A stretch of 58,813 bases of DNA, filler included, from Barthelona sp. PAP020 (taxonomy: Eukaryota), in NCBI GenBank assembly GCA_040182905.1. It is 2 parts of 2 records of this genome, joined end to end, with 100 filler letters (N's around TTAATTAATTAA, not from the genome) between each part and the next. Parts side by side here need not be neighbours in the genome. Positions count along the whole stretch, not along the records: positions 29,488 to 58,813 come from JARQWU010000120.1; 1 more part is not named here. The stretch is one strand, 5' to 3'. How positions within the stretch are numbered: the stretch's first letter is position 1; every line of letters starts with the position of its first letter. The notes beneath the pieces are model-generated. The model did not search any database. It was not told where the DNA came from and was given only the letters and a program-made list of their open reading frames with translations. This document shows, one piece after another, positions 42,000-54,994 of this stretch. Made by a program: the position numbers and the translations under genes.

Positions 42000-42100
42000 A
42001 TAATTCAATCAAAAAAAATAAAAAAAGGAAAAAAACAGGCAGTTTAGTTTGATGATAAAAATTTTTTGTTTTTTTGATTTTCATTTTCATTAATGAATTA

Positions 42101-44443
42101 ATGAATTCTGAACTCGATATTACTCCCTTTGAAAGTGGAAATTTTGATTTAACTAATCATTTAAGAAGATCATTAGCTAATTTTATTGCATCTAATCCTA
42201 ATGAAATGATACAACATTTAAATGAACATCATGAAGCATTAGATAAAATAAACAGTAAATTATCTGAAAGAGTCTTAGAATGTTCTGATGAATTTGTTAA
42301 AGGAGTTGAAAGGATAGCATCATTAGAAAGTGATTTAAAATTGTGTTTAAATTATTGTGATACTTCATCAGAATTAATTAAATTGTCTTGTTTGGATGAA
42401 AGTGTTAAATTTTTACAAATTACTTCAACAAATAATCGATTAAACAATTTAAGATCTGTATTCAATATATCTATTGAAATAAATGAATGTAAAAAAGAAT
42501 TATATGAGATTGATGAAATAATAAAACAAAATAATATTAAATGTATAAATTTTTGTGAAATTTATGATAGAATAAAGAGTTTAATGATAAAATTTGATGA
42601 ATTAAAAATGGTTAATATTGTTCAAGTATGGAATAATCAAATTGATTATATAAATCAACAATTAATATTTATTTCTGAGGAATTGATAAAGAAACCTCTT
42701 GTAAATTTGGATAAGTTGCCAGATATAATAAATTTTCAACAAAATTATGGGTTAAGTTGTGAAACTATTTTTAAAAAAATTGAAAATTTTTTAATTATTA
42801 ATTGTGTGATTAATTGTTACCATTGTATAAATGAAATGATTTATTTAGATCAAATAAAGAAGAAAAAGAATAAAAAAGATGAAGAATTAATTAAAATCGA
42901 AATAGAATTTGAAAATGATTTTAAAGAAGGTGAAAACATTATAAAACATTTAAAGAAAATTTGTATTGAATTTATTAATATTAATAATAACACTTGTGAA
43001 TGTTATTTAAATTTACTTTATGAAAATATTAAAGAATATTTAGCAAAAACAAAAGAATATGCTAAGATAGTTGATAATTTTGATTTTGAACGTTTAAATT
43101 ATTATATTCAATGGATATTTATTAATATATTTAATTATATTCAACATTTTGATATTTCTATAAAATTTGGAATGAAAATTAGTAAACTTTTAATAATTTC
43201 AAAAGATAATGACATAATTATGAAAAAATTATTAGAAATTGCTGAACAAAATGCTATAACATTGAAAAATCAATTAATACCATCCATTAATGAAATGTTT
43301 TCAACAGAAGTTTGGATCAAAGCTCCAATTATGATGTCTATTCATTCATTATTGAATGTTTTATTGATTACTGAAAATAATTCCAAATTGAATCAGAACA
43401 TATCTTTTATTAATGAATCGGAAAAAAGCAAAATCAATTCAATCTCATACAAAGATGAATTTTCTCCTTCACCCATACTTTTAACTTTATTAAACAATAT
43501 AATAGCACCAATTATTCAACAAATATTCTATTTTCCCGAATTAATTGCAGTAAATGCTAAAAATTTGTTGGATATTTTCAAAAACTTTTTAAAAAATATT
43601 TACGAAAAATTTTACACAAATGTTCCAAACATTATATATTTTTCACCAATAATGAATGCTTGTTTAATATACTTAGAAATAAAGAATCCAATTTCAACTA
43701 ATTTTACTTTTGAACAAAAATATACCATGTTAGATACTTTAATGGTTTTCAAACAATTAAGTGAACGGATATTTGATATCTTTACACCTAAAATTGAAAA
43801 TAAAAAAATTTTGAAAATGATCAACAGTTATTTTCATTTATTTGAAGGATTTTTAGATGTAATGAGAACTATTGTGGTACATCCAATCATTCCTCCCAAA
43901 CTTTTTAATAGTTTTTCTGTTGATATATATAAATCTTTTCATATGCCTTCATTAGATAATGCTAAATATATATCTCAAATTCTAGGCACAATTGATAATT
44001 ATTCTATTAATTTACAAACATATTCAGACATGTCACAATGTTCAAAAGATCTTTTATTAAATAATTTCATCAATTGTATCTTGTTACTGTTAGCAAATCA
44101 CTATTCAAATATTGAAACAATTTCTCCTTTAGGTAGAGCTCAATTGATGATGGAAATTCAATCTTTGCATGCCGAACTTTCAGTAAAAAATTTCAATTTT
44201 GATAATCCTATAATAGCAGCCTTAAACGATTGGATTAAACTTATTTTTGAGCCTCAAGATCAAGTATTCATTTGGTTAAGCGAAAATAGTCATAAATTAC
44301 CTCAATCTTTAATGTTTAACACATTTAAATTTTGTGAATTTTGGGATGATTTAAATGAAGAAAAGGAACCTTTATTAATGGCTTCAAAGGAATTAGTATT
44401 GAATTGTCGTAATGCACAAGCAAGAGATTATTTGGATTCTTAA
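42101..44443 (+). CDS. VPS50: Syndetin/Vps50-like EARP subunit
   Basis: Vps54_N-like LD.I...LS..V.....FV.GV..I..L..DL, E.W...P, and C-terminal S..GRA.L.M..Q.L. Confidence 0.72.
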   Translation: MNSELDITPFESGNFDLTNHLRRSLANFIASNPNEMIQHLNEHHEALDKINSKLSERVLECSDEFVKGVERIASLESDLKLCLNYCDTSSELIKLSCLDESVKFLQITSTNNRLNNLRSVFNISIEINECKKELYEIDEIIKQNNIKCINFCEIYDRIKSLMIKFDELKMVNIVQVWNNQIDYINQQLIFISEELIKKPLVNLDKLPDIINFQQNYGLSCETIFKKIENFLIINCVINCYHCINEMIYLDQIKKKKNKKDEELIKIEIEFENDFKEGENIIKHLKKICIEFININNNTCECYLNLLYENIKEYLAKTKEYAKIVDNFDFERLNYYIQWIFINIFNYIQHFDISIKFGMKISKLLIISKDNDIIMKKLLEIAEQNAITLKNQLIPSINEMFSTEVWIKAPIMMSIHSLLNVLLITENNSKLNQNISFINESEKSKINSISYKDEFSPSPILLTLLNNIIAPIIQQIFYFPELIAVNAKNLLDIFKNFLKNIYEKFYTNVPNIIYFSPIMNACLIYLEIKNPISTNFTFEQKYTMLDTLMVFKQLSERIFDIFTPKIENKKILKMINSYFHLFEGFLDVMRTIVVHPIIPPKLFNSFSVDIYKSFHMPSLDNAKYISQILGTIDNYSINLQTYSDMSQCSKDLLLNNFINCILLLLANHYSNIETISPLGRAQLMMEIQSLHAELSVKNFNFDNPIIAALNDWIKLIFEPQDQVFIWLSENSHKLPQSLMFNTFKFCEFWDDLNEEKEPLLMASKELVLNCRNAQARDYLDS

Positions 44444-44584
44444 TATAGCTTCATAAATCAAATTAAATTAATTTTTTTTTTTTTTTCAAAAAGAAATTTT
44501 CACTTTTCGATCTTTAAAATTATCGATTTAGAAAAATTTGTTAATATTTTATCATTATTTTAAAAAAAAAAGAAAAAAAATAGA

Positions 44585-45331
44585 ATGAATGAAAATGCAA
44601 ATGATCTTACTTCATCCGAAACTCTTCCAGATGAAGAATATGTAAGTTTAAAACACTTATTCATTTCCTAATAATATTAGTTGTCTCCGAATACAATAGA
44701 TAGATTTCAAAAACATTCACCCTATTCAAAATCATTTCTTGATAATTTACCTTCAGTAGCTTTTCCATACAATTTTCCTTCTCCTTACACATCTTTTCTG
44801 AGTCCTAAACGTAATAATTACCTTCCTTCAATTTTGAAACGTTCTTCTGACAAATTTGCCACCCCTTTAGACAATGTACCTCCATCAAATAAAATTAAAA
44901 CTGCACCTGCAAAAGTATCTAGACCGTTGAATTTTTCTTCTGATTTAGGTTCTCCTCACAATCCTTTAAATTTGTTCGATAAATTTTACAAGGAAGCTAA
45001 AACAAATGTTGGCATAAATGGTGATGAATCTTTGAAAAAAGATGAAATATATATGGCCATTTGCAAAGAATGTAAAAATTTATCGAACAATGTCATTTGC
45101 GAGAAATGTGCCCAAATTAGTCCGTTGGTATCCTCAAAAATTATGAAACATTGTCATAAAGCGCTGAATGAATTAGATTCAATCAACATAAGTAATTCTT
45201 CTACTGATTCAAATTCCAATACAAAAGAAATAAATGAAAAACAGAAAAATAATTTGATGAATAATGATAATTCAAAGTTTGATTATATTCGTCAACAAAT
45301 TGCATACATTCAACAATTATTGGTTGTATAA
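44585..45331 (+). CDS. Hypothetical S/P-rich protein with CxxC...CxxC; exons 44585-44641 and 44681-45331
   Basis: A 19-codon first exon joins the ORF in frame; CKEC...CEKC. Confidence 0.75.
44642..44680 (+). other. Spliceosomal intron, 39 nt
   Basis: GTAAGT...CTAATAATATTAG; removal restores the frame and removes the in-frame TAG. Confidence 0.88.
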
Positions 45332-45473
45332 TGCTTTTACACATATACACATATAAATATTTTATTAAATACATAATTCTATTGCTCTCAATATTGAGGG
45401 ATAAAATAAGTGATGGACATGAAAAAGAAGTAACAATTTTTTTTTATCTGTTTGTTGAGTTAGTTGTTTAAAA

Positions 45474-47261
45474 ATGAACAATAATTACAATTATCAGAGA
45501 CCAGAAAACTATTCTGTTGGATATCAACAAAAGAATCAACCTAATTATCAAAACGACCAAAATTATAATAATAATTATAATTCTGATTATAATAATAATA
45601 ATTCAGGTAATTATCAACCTTCTGTTGGTGGTCAAAATTATCAAAATCAAAATTATGATAATTTTAATGATCAACAATATGGTTCTCAGGGAGCCCATCA
45701 AGGAAATTATGATTCTCAACAAAAGGATTATTCTCATCAAAATAGAAGAGGTGGTTATGATCGTCAAAGAAATGATTATGACCGTCAAAGACAAGATTAC
45801 AATCGTCCAAATTATCAAAACAGAAGGACTAATAATCAATATGAAAGTAACAGAGGACCTAATTCTTATGATAATAATTCTTACAGTAATTATGGTCATA
45901 GTCAATCAAGAGGAGGTTCAATGGATGATATGATTGATGATTTAAGCAATCGCCAATATGACGGGCAACATCAACATGTTAAAATACAGCATGACTTTGC
46001 CATATCTGCAGATCAAAATGCAATTGAACAGTATTTAAATGAGCACAAAATTTCGATTGAAGATCCTCTTAATCAAAAGTTCCCACCTATAATCACTTTT
46101 GAAGAATCAAATTTCCCTCCAATTTTATTGCAAGAGTTTGAAAGACAAAACTTCAAGGCACCTTTTCCTATTCAAGCAGCTTCATGGCCCATTTGTATCA
46201 GTGGACGAGATACAGTTGGTATTGCAAAGACTGGATCTGGAAAGACGCTATCTTTTATAATTCCTGCTTTGTTACATATTCTGCAACAACCTCCAACTCA
46301 AGGGCCACATGTTTTAGTTATGGCACCAGTCAGAGAATTGGTTCTGCAGATTGTTGATGAGTTCAGAAAATTCGCTAGATGTCTAAATATTGGAGTGTGT
46401 GCAGTATATGGTGGAGCGAAGAAATTTTATCAAACAAAAGAGCTCAGAAGTAACCCTCAAGTAGTTGTTGCTACACCTGGTAGACTAATTGATCTTTTGA
46501 GGGAAGGAAGTATTGTTTTGGATAATTGTTCTTATATTATTCTTGATGAAGCAGACAGAATGCTTGATTTCCACGGTTTTGAGCCTTATGTACGTGTTGT
46601 CATGAAAATGTCACCCTCAAATGGTCAAAGAACCTTGTGGTCTGCCACATGGCCTGCATCTGTGAGGGATTTAGCCAAACAGTTTTTACGAGATCCTGTT
46701 AGCATTAGAGTTGGACAAAGAATCATTCAAGCAAATCCAGATGTCACCCAAGAAATTAGAATCACTGATAATTACAGTAAAAATGGGGATTTCCTTCAAT
46801 TAGTGGCAGATATTTTCCATCGTAATCCAAGAGACAAAGTTTTAATCTTTTGTAAGACTAAGAATATGTGTGATCGTCTTGCTAATGATGTCAGACACGC
46901 TATTGGTGAAATAGCTCATACTCAAAGAAATTTTGTGGGTGTCTTGCATGGTAATAAAACCCAAAAAGATAGAGAATATACTATCAATCAGTACAGAAGG
47001 GGTTACTGTAGATGTATCATAGCAACTGATGTTTTGCAAAGAGGTATTGATGTTGAAGACATTACAACGGTCATTAATTATGATTTTCCTTTGGAAATTG
47101 AAGATTATGTGCACAGAATTGGTAGAACTGGTAGAGCAGAAAAGAAAGGTATTGCTATCAGCTATTTCTTGCCTGAACAAGATTATAAATTGAAGAATGA
47201 TCTCATTGAAGTAATGAAAGGAGCAGGACAAAATATTCCTCAAGCACTTTATCAAGTTTAG
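45474..47261 (+). CDS. DEAD-box RNA helicase, DDX5/Dbp2-like, with an N/Q/Y-rich N-terminus
   Basis: Q motif, AKTGSGKT, TPGRL, DEAD, SAT, YVHRIGRTGRA and A.Q.IP..L. Confidence 0.93.
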   Translation: MNNNYNYQRPENYSVGYQQKNQPNYQNDQNYNNNYNSDYNNNNSGNYQPSVGGQNYQNQNYDNFNDQQYGSQGAHQGNYDSQQKDYSHQNRRGGYDRQRNDYDRQRQDYNRPNYQNRRTNNQYESNRGPNSYDNNSYSNYGHSQSRGGSMDDMIDDLSNRQYDGQHQHVKIQHDFAISADQNAIEQYLNEHKISIEDPLNQKFPPIITFEESNFPPILLQEFERQNFKAPFPIQAASWPICISGRDTVGIAKTGSGKTLSFIIPALLHILQQPPTQGPHVLVMAPVRELVLQIVDEFRKFARCLNIGVCAVYGGAKKFYQTKELRSNPQVVVATPGRLIDLLREGSIVLDNCSYIILDEADRMLDFHGFEPYVRVVMKMSPSNGQRTLWSATWPASVRDLAKQFLRDPVSIRVGQRIIQANPDVTQEIRITDNYSKNGDFLQLVADIFHRNPRDKVLIFCKTKNMCDRLANDVRHAIGEIAHTQRNFVGVLHGNKTQKDREYTINQYRRGYCRCIIATDVLQRGIDVEDITTVINYDFPLEIEDYVHRIGRTGRAEKKGIAISYFLPEQDYKLKNDLIEVMKGAGQNIPQALYQV

Positions 47262-47753
47262 TTTTTATCGTTTATCACATGTCTTTTTTACTTTGTGTGC
47301 AGTAAGATAAATAAATAATAGGATAGAAGGTCTTATATTGGTGTTATGTTTCACAATAAAGTAGTCGGATTTTTTTATTTTCATCAGATTTGGATGTACA
47401 TATTACATTTTAATTTTATAATTTAAACTGTAAATATAAACAGTGTTTTCATTTGGAAAATTAAAGGTAAGTAGAATAGTAAAAGAATGGTAGAAGTTAA
47501 ATGGAAAAGAAAAAATTTTTTTTTGAGAGTTTGACGCTTGTTTGTGTATTTAAACTTTAGAAAACAAATTATGAGAATTTAATGTGATAGAAATACTATA
47601 ATTATAATATTAATATTGATTTGGAATGAAACTAATTTTTTGTTTTTTTGGTTACTGTATAAAATACAGTTAGTAATTGTTAAAATTACCAAGTTTTCAA
47701 ATGAATTTAAATACAATCAATAAATTTTGTTATTTTATTGTTGTAATGAAAGA

Positions 47754-50700
47754 ATGAACAATTTTTTCACACCAATTGTTTTACCTTTTTATTGTTTGGG
47801 GATATATTCATTATATCGAACTAAATGTTCGTTTAATTGTTTTAAAGATGATCAAATTCCCATTACTATACATCATTTTCTATTTTTTTTGTGGATTTTT
47901 TTTTTATTGATTGTTGATTGTTGTATAAGTTATTTATTGGGTGAATCAAGTATTAATATTGCTTTTTTGTCTTTTAGTTTGTTGATTACTTCACAATATT
48001 TAACATTTTATTGTATTGCCAAAATGATGCGTAAATTTCCCATGCCTAGCATTTTTAATCTTTTAGCGTATATGTCTGTTCTCATATTGTTTCTATCATA
48101 TATAATTTTTTGTTTGAAAGGTTTATCCAATGGAGCAATTCTTACAGCAGGTCTTCTAATACCTGCCACATTTATTTGTATAATTTTAGGAGGCGATGTT
48201 AATTTTTATCCTAATTTAACTGTTGATAATCTATTAAATAATGATATTAGTTTGGAGACATCGAGTAGAACCCGTTTATTATTAAATTTAGCTCCTGGTT
48301 TTGCTATTGGTATGAGTGCTTTTGTACTTCAAAACATTTTTCTTGATGAGAAGTACCGAATGAAATCCAATTATACTGTGCCTCTTGTTGGTGGAATAAG
48401 TTCTTTTGTTTTTTGTATCAATATATTTTTAACTCCATTGAAATCTTTTCTTCGATATACTACATTAACTATGTATTTACCAAATATTCCCATATTTATC
48501 ATATGTTATTTGGCTGTTACAAAAGGGATGAGCTTTGCTATTGATATATCTTTTGGATTTAATTTACTTTCAGTTGTTTCTATTTATTTATTTTCTGATT
48601 TGAAAGAAAATAAGGAAAAGAAGGAGATGCAAATCTTATACGGTTTAGAAATGATAAAAACGAATATCTGTGCATTAAAAATCAATATGAATTTTTGGAG
48701 ATTTTGTTGTTTATTAGTTTTCAACAGTGTTTTTACAATTGTTGCAAAATATGTGGCTTATGTTTTTGAAGGAATTAATGAAAGGAGTTATATCACTTCA
48801 TTTATTTTATTAGGGTGTGTCCTTACATTTATTTTCACATGTATTTTATTCAATTGGATGTTTTGTTTTAATCGTGGTGATTTAGTTGATTTTGTGAATC
48901 GAAAAAAAAATTCAATGGTTGATAAAGATATAGACGATAATAAGAATGAAAATGATGTTACCTTAGTAGAAATAATTCCATTATTGGAAAAATTTGCAGA
49001 TCGTTGTAGGATTGTAGCCATAATATCTACTACGTTATTAATTTATGTATTTTTTGATGAAATATATTTTTTAAAGAATGAATATGAAATGTTGTATGGA
49101 ATTTTTTATCTGATTTTGGGGTATGTAACATATTTGAAAATCTCTAGTATTTTAAATTATGATACTGAAGTTCCATTGGTTGTTAGAAATATTAGTAGTT
49201 ACAAAAGATTAATCAGATTAGAAAAAATTACCCTTTTTTTCATAAATGTTGGACTTATTATTCTAGAAATTGCTATTGATCGCATTCCTAATATACCTTT
49301 GAGTTGCTCAATATTTTATCACTTATTTCGGGATATGCCTTTAATTTTTGCTTTGATACGATTCAAGAATAATTTTAAATTCGATTTTAGGTTTTTCATT
49401 TTTTATGGGAATACCATTTTGTTAATGCTGTGTGAAATTATATTTGAACATTTACAAGAAACTGATGATAATGTTGATATTGCATTGAATTTATTTTTCT
49501 TTTTCTATTTTTCTATAATATTGTTTATTGGATACTATTTGATAAGTTATGTCAATAAGATTGAAAAATCTTTGAAAAAATCAAAGTTTTTATATTTTTT
49601 GATATTATTTGTAAGTTTGGCAAATTTATCAATGCATATTAAGATCATTTTAAGATTAAATTTGTATTTTATTGTATTAATTATATATCTATGGTTTATT
49701 TTACCAATTCAAATAGCTTTATTTAATTCTACCACGAAAAGTTCAAAAAATTCAAAAAAATCAGACATCAATAAAAAATATTTCAAAATTCTTATAGGTA
49801 CTTTAACTTTTGTATATTTTTTGATTAATTTTTTATATTTTTCAAAAGTTTCATTTGATTTAGGAACGTTTACAATAATTTTATTCATATATATCTTTGG
49901 AATAATATTATTTTTATGTATAAACATTCATGAAGGTATTTTTGATGGAAATGGTACTAATGGGAATATATATTTTAATAAAACGTTATTTCCCAGTTTA
50001 ATTATGAATTCTACTGGAAAAAATCAAGAAATATTTTCAAATATTTTATTGATTTTTATTATTTCTTTTAGTTTATTACAATTTCTTTTTATTGAACATA
50101 TGATTGAAGCTAAAGATACTTATTGTTATTTTACTGGTATTATTTTATTGTTATTATTTCATTTCTATGATTTAGGTAATCATGTAATACCAAGTAGATT
50201 GGTTGATGAATATTATTTATTAGAAAATAATGATATACAAAAAATGTTAAATTCAACTAATTCTCATGGTAGTGGAATGTTTTCTTCTTCTTCTTCTTCT
50301 TCTTCTTCACATATACATAATAGTTTTGATAGGATATCTTCTCATGATAATAATAATTTATTTAATCAAAATTTATATGATAAAAGAAAACAAAATAAAA
50401 ATATTGATGAAAGTTTTTCACAAAGTTTTGAAAATATTCGAGAAGAAAGTATTTTTAGTAATAATTCAATTACAAATACTGTTAATACTAATAATACTTT
50501 AATAATTGATAATAGACGTCATGGATATAATGTAGTGATAACTAATCTATTTGCTGAAATGAATGAAATTTTAAAATTATTAAATGAGAATAAAATTGAT
50601 CCAGGTTTTATTAAATTGTATAATTCATCAACTTTTGAAAAAAAAAAATTGATGAAAGGGAGGATGAAAAAGATGATTATGAAGAAAATGAAATTAAAAA

Positions 50701-53194
50701 TGAAGAATCAAATATTTTTATCGCAAAGAAATATAATATGCTTAATGATAGACAATTAAAGCATAAATTAATTGAAATTCAAACAAAAATAATTAAAATT
50801 TTGGATAAAAAGAATTTATTTGATGCTAAAGCATATTTACAATTAAGAAATATTGCTTCTGGGAATTATTCTGCTAAATTATTTATGATTAATTGTTTTA
50901 AACAAGAAAATCCTCAGTTTGAAGAAATTAATTTAAAAAGTGATAATATACTAATGATTATTGATGAATTCAACAAATATGTTCAAGAACAATTGATATT
51001 AGAAGAAATAGAAGAGGAAGAAGAAGCAGAAGAAGATGAAGATGAAGTAAAATATAATAAGAAGTTTAATAATTTATTTATTAATGATGGTATTGATAAT
51101 ACTGATATTGATGTTAGCAACAATCAAAAAAATGCCAACTTTATCATGGATTTATTGATGAATAATGAATTTGAAAACATTTCCAGATCAAGTAGTAATG
51201 ATGGATTTGAAAATGTTTCGGAAATGTCTGATTTTGATCAAGAAGAACATAATGATGATGAAAATGATGAAGAAGAAGTGTTTTTGGAAAAGAATATGAA
51301 GAAAAATAGAAAGAGAAATGTCTTACCAAATGAAATCGATGATGATGATGATTTAAATGTTGTTAATGTCAATGAAATTGATTGTAAAGATGATGATATT
51401 GATTCAACTATTATTAATGAACAACGAAATATTTTGAATGAGAAAACAAAACAAAAAGAAAAGGCAAAAGCTAAGAAAAAAAAGAAAATCAAACGAGAGA
51501 TGAAAACAATTTTGGAAAAATGTTCAAAAATGGTAGATGTCAAAATGAAAGTGGAAGAATTTATTGTTTCAATCAATATTGATGATTTCTCTTGTATTGT
51601 TGACGAATATATTGTAATTGATTCTCTCTTGGATGATATTTCAACAAAAAGCATTGATTATTTCAAAAATTCAAACTTTTCATCAAAAAATTTAACAATT
51701 TTAAGAGATTTATACAAAAGAACAAAAAGAAAATTAAAAAATTTCAAAATTAAAGTTAAAAACTTTGAGAAAATTGAATCTGAAAAGAGTTATTCAAATA
51801 TTCTACAAAATTATCTGAAGATTATTAAAAAGATGAAGGGTTTGGATGAAGATACTTGGGAAAATAATTCTTTCGATAAAAATGATTTGTTAGGTCAAGA
51901 TATTTTATCATCAAGGAAGATTGAATGGGTTGAATGGTGTGATACTGATATTTTGGACATTGAAATGGATGATGAGTTAAAGGATGGTTTGATTAATGAT
52001 AGTATTGTTTATGATTGCCTCAAGATAGCAAAAACATACAATATGCTGGATTTGCTAAATGATTTCATCGTGTTGTGTGATGCAAAGCATGGTATATTCA
52101 TTGTTCGTTACTTTAATAATGATTACGGAACCGAATATCATATTCTTGACTCTTTTCTTCCAATGATTGATGATAGACATGCTTTCACAAGTATTACGAA
52201 TAAAAAAACAAGCATTTTAATCCCTTTGATTGAGAAATTCCTTGTATTGTTTTCCGGAAAAACTTATGAAACTTTGGGAAACTTTTCCATCACATATTTG
52301 AAACTTTTGTTTGGATTTAAGAGTTTCAAGATCAATTTTTCTGATGTTTCCAAGAATAATCATCTCAGCAGTGTTTTGTTTCAAACATTATTCAAAATTA
52401 CCAATGCACAAAGTGATGCAACAAAGACTGATTTTTTATTGACTGAATCCTCAAAGAAAACAAAGTTTAAAATTCCACCAAAATCTTTATTTTACATTAA
52501 CAAAGTCTTTGATTCTATTCATAATGGAGTTCGAACCCAATTTATTTATTTAATACCCCATTCCCAGGTTGATATTTCGCAATATTCTGGAATGTTTGCT
52601 AAAAACTCTATACAATGGACCGGGAGATTGCAAACCCAATTGAATTCTTTGTTAGATGAAGAAGTGAAAGACAAAGGCATTTGGTTAACAATGAATGAGT
52701 TATTATTTACATTTGAATATGCTTTAGAATGTTATATCATTTCAAAAATGCACAAATTTGTTTACAAAGGGTACATATTTGATGAATATTTGCAAAAGTA
52801 TGATTTAAACAGTAAATCATTGCATTTAGCACCACAGTACCTTTTACAGTTTGAATTAGATGATTCTCAAAAAATATCAGATGTGGAGGTTTTTATTGAG
52901 TGTGTGCAATTGCAAAAAGAAGTTCAACCATTAGTGTTAAGCATATGGAATCATAATTACTATCCTGTACGTCAACCATTTGGATTTGAGATGTTTGACC
53001 CTTTTTATTGTGATGAAAGGTGTTCATTCTTTAAGAGTTTCATTAACATTTCTGAAACCGAAAATTTCACAAGTATTGTTCCCTTTGTTCAAAGTCAAGA
53101 CATTTTTGGAAATCAAAAGACTGAAATTATTGAAATTGTTTTAAGAGTTTATTGTTCTGAGGTTAATGTCAAATTAATTTTTACAAATGAGTAA
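47754..53194 (+). CDS. Multi-pass membrane protein with an inactive calpain-like C-terminus; one gene split by a frameshift in the A11 run (50638-50648)
   Basis: The frame of ORF 50738 is open back to the A run (IDEREDEKDDYEENE...). Calpain-like motifs GIFIVRYF, ILDSFLP, LIEKF, GIWLT and PQY. Catalytic Cys and His are replaced. Confidence 0.78.
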
Positions 53195-53673
53195 ATTACC
53201 TCCGTTTTTATTAATTTCAGATTTTGGAATCCGTAGTTTTAATAAGCAATGTAAATGGTCTAATTTTCTTTTTTCATTTACGTTCATTGTTCATTATGAG
53301 AGTTTGGAGGGTTTCTGACTGATTGGATGTCATACTGTTGTTGGGATTATAAAAGCTTTTATATTTTTCCTTTAGAGTTTTTTTTTTTTGCCTGATATGA
53401 AAGGTTAAGGGGCAACAAAATAGTTGAAATAGTGTTTGAGAAAATTTTCTTTGACCATAATTGAAAAACTTTGTTTTCATTTTTGCTTACTAAGTTTCTC
53501 ATTTCGAAGTTTTTTACCAAGTTATCATTTTAATAGTATTTTTCAATTAAAATAAGAAATAAATGGATTGAAGATAAAAAATAAGAAATTTTGATGCACA
53601 AAAAAAAAATTGCATTTTGCTTATTTTACACGATGAGTAAACAGTATTTATTATTAATCATACAGAATACATA

Positions 53674-54885
53674 ATGAACAGATTTAAATATTCTGGTTTA
53701 AACATTAAAAAACGAGATGAAATGTGTAATTTCTCAAATGTTGGTGAAAATAATCTTTTTTTGCGAAATTTAAGCTATAAAAATATATCAATAATACATA
53801 AAAAAAAGCCAAAGAAACAAATTGGTTCATATATTTTTGAAAAGACAATTGGTGAAGGTAGTTATTCAAAAGTGAGAGAATTTTCTCATTGTGTTACACA
53901 AAAGCATGTTGCCATAAAAACTTTTTCCAAAAAGAAGATGATGAAGATCCCTGGAGCTGCTGAAGCTGTTAAACGGGAAATCGCTCTTTTGGGAATGGTT
54001 AAACATGAATGTATTGTGAAGTTATTAGGTGTTTTTCAGAAAGCTGATAATTCTCAATGTTTTTGTCAGAATGAAGCTTCAGGTTCTAAATGTCTTTTTG
54101 AGAATCCTGAAAATTTCAGGGATGTTGTCTTAGCTTCAAAGAAATGTGTGGTTTTAGAACTTCTGCCGAATGGTTCGTTAGATGAGTATGTAACAAACCG
54201 TTATCCTTTGAGTGTACAAGTTATCAAAGGTATTTTCAAAAGTATTGTGTCTGCTGTTGGATATTTGCATTCAAATGGCATTGCACATCGAGATATTAAA
54301 CCTGATAACATAGTATTTGATAAAAATTGGGTTCCAAAGATTACTGATTTCAACACTGCTGAATATGTAGATCAGCATCCAAAAATTAGACAATGGGGTT
54401 CACTACCATTTCAACCACCGGAAGTTATCAACATTAATAATGAAGATTTTTCAGGAATTGACAGTAAATCCGGTGATGTTTGGGCTTTAGGTGTATTACT
54501 ATATTTTTTGGCAATTGGCAGATTACCATTTTCTGCCAATGAGGGCATATTTCCCATGTTACAAAATATATCTGATGGTTATTTTGTCATGCCAAAAGAT
54601 CTTGATCCATCTATTGCAGAGATGATTCAATTTATTTTGGTTACAGATCCTTTAAAAAGACCTCTTATTGAAAATCTCAATGAACATAGTTGGTGCTCAG
54701 AGGGAAAATTTTCGAAGTGTCTTCAAAAAATTGGAAAGTTCTTCAATTCTGAAGATGATCATTTAATTCCAGATTTGACACCTTGTAGTCCTCCATTGGA
54801 ACCAGTTGATCCATATTCTGAACCACCTCCTCCTCTTGTTGAAGATGATAAAGCAGTTGAAAAGTACACATGTGATATCATGTAA
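53674..54885 (+). CDS. STK11: LKB1/STK11-like Ser/Thr kinase
   Basis: IG.Y.....GEGSY.KV.E, K.K..KIPG....VKREI.LL, HRDIKPDN, GS.PFQPPE.....FSG and C-terminal CaaX (CDIM). Confidence 0.78.
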   Translation: MNRFKYSGLNIKKRDEMCNFSNVGENNLFLRNLSYKNISIIHKKKPKKQIGSYIFEKTIGEGSYSKVREFSHCVTQKHVAIKTFSKKKMMKIPGAAEAVKREIALLGMVKHECIVKLLGVFQKADNSQCFCQNEASGSKCLFENPENFRDVVLASKKCVVLELLPNGSLDEYVTNRYPLSVQVIKGIFKSIVSAVGYLHSNGIAHRDIKPDNIVFDKNWVPKITDFNTAEYVDQHPKIRQWGSLPFQPPEVININNEDFSGIDSKSGDVWALGVLLYFLAIGRLPFSANEGIFPMLQNISDGYFVMPKDLDPSIAEMIQFILVTDPLKRPLIENLNEHSWCSEGKFSKCLQKIGKFFNSEDDHLIPDLTPCSPPLEPVDPYSEPPPPLVEDDKAVEKYTCDIM

Positions 54886-54994
54886 TTGGAATTGTAGAGT
54901 TAAATAGGTACCATACGACAACTCACTAACACAGAATTGCAGAATTTTATAAATTTTGGACTTGAGTTTTTCTTTTTGAGAAAAATTTGACTTT

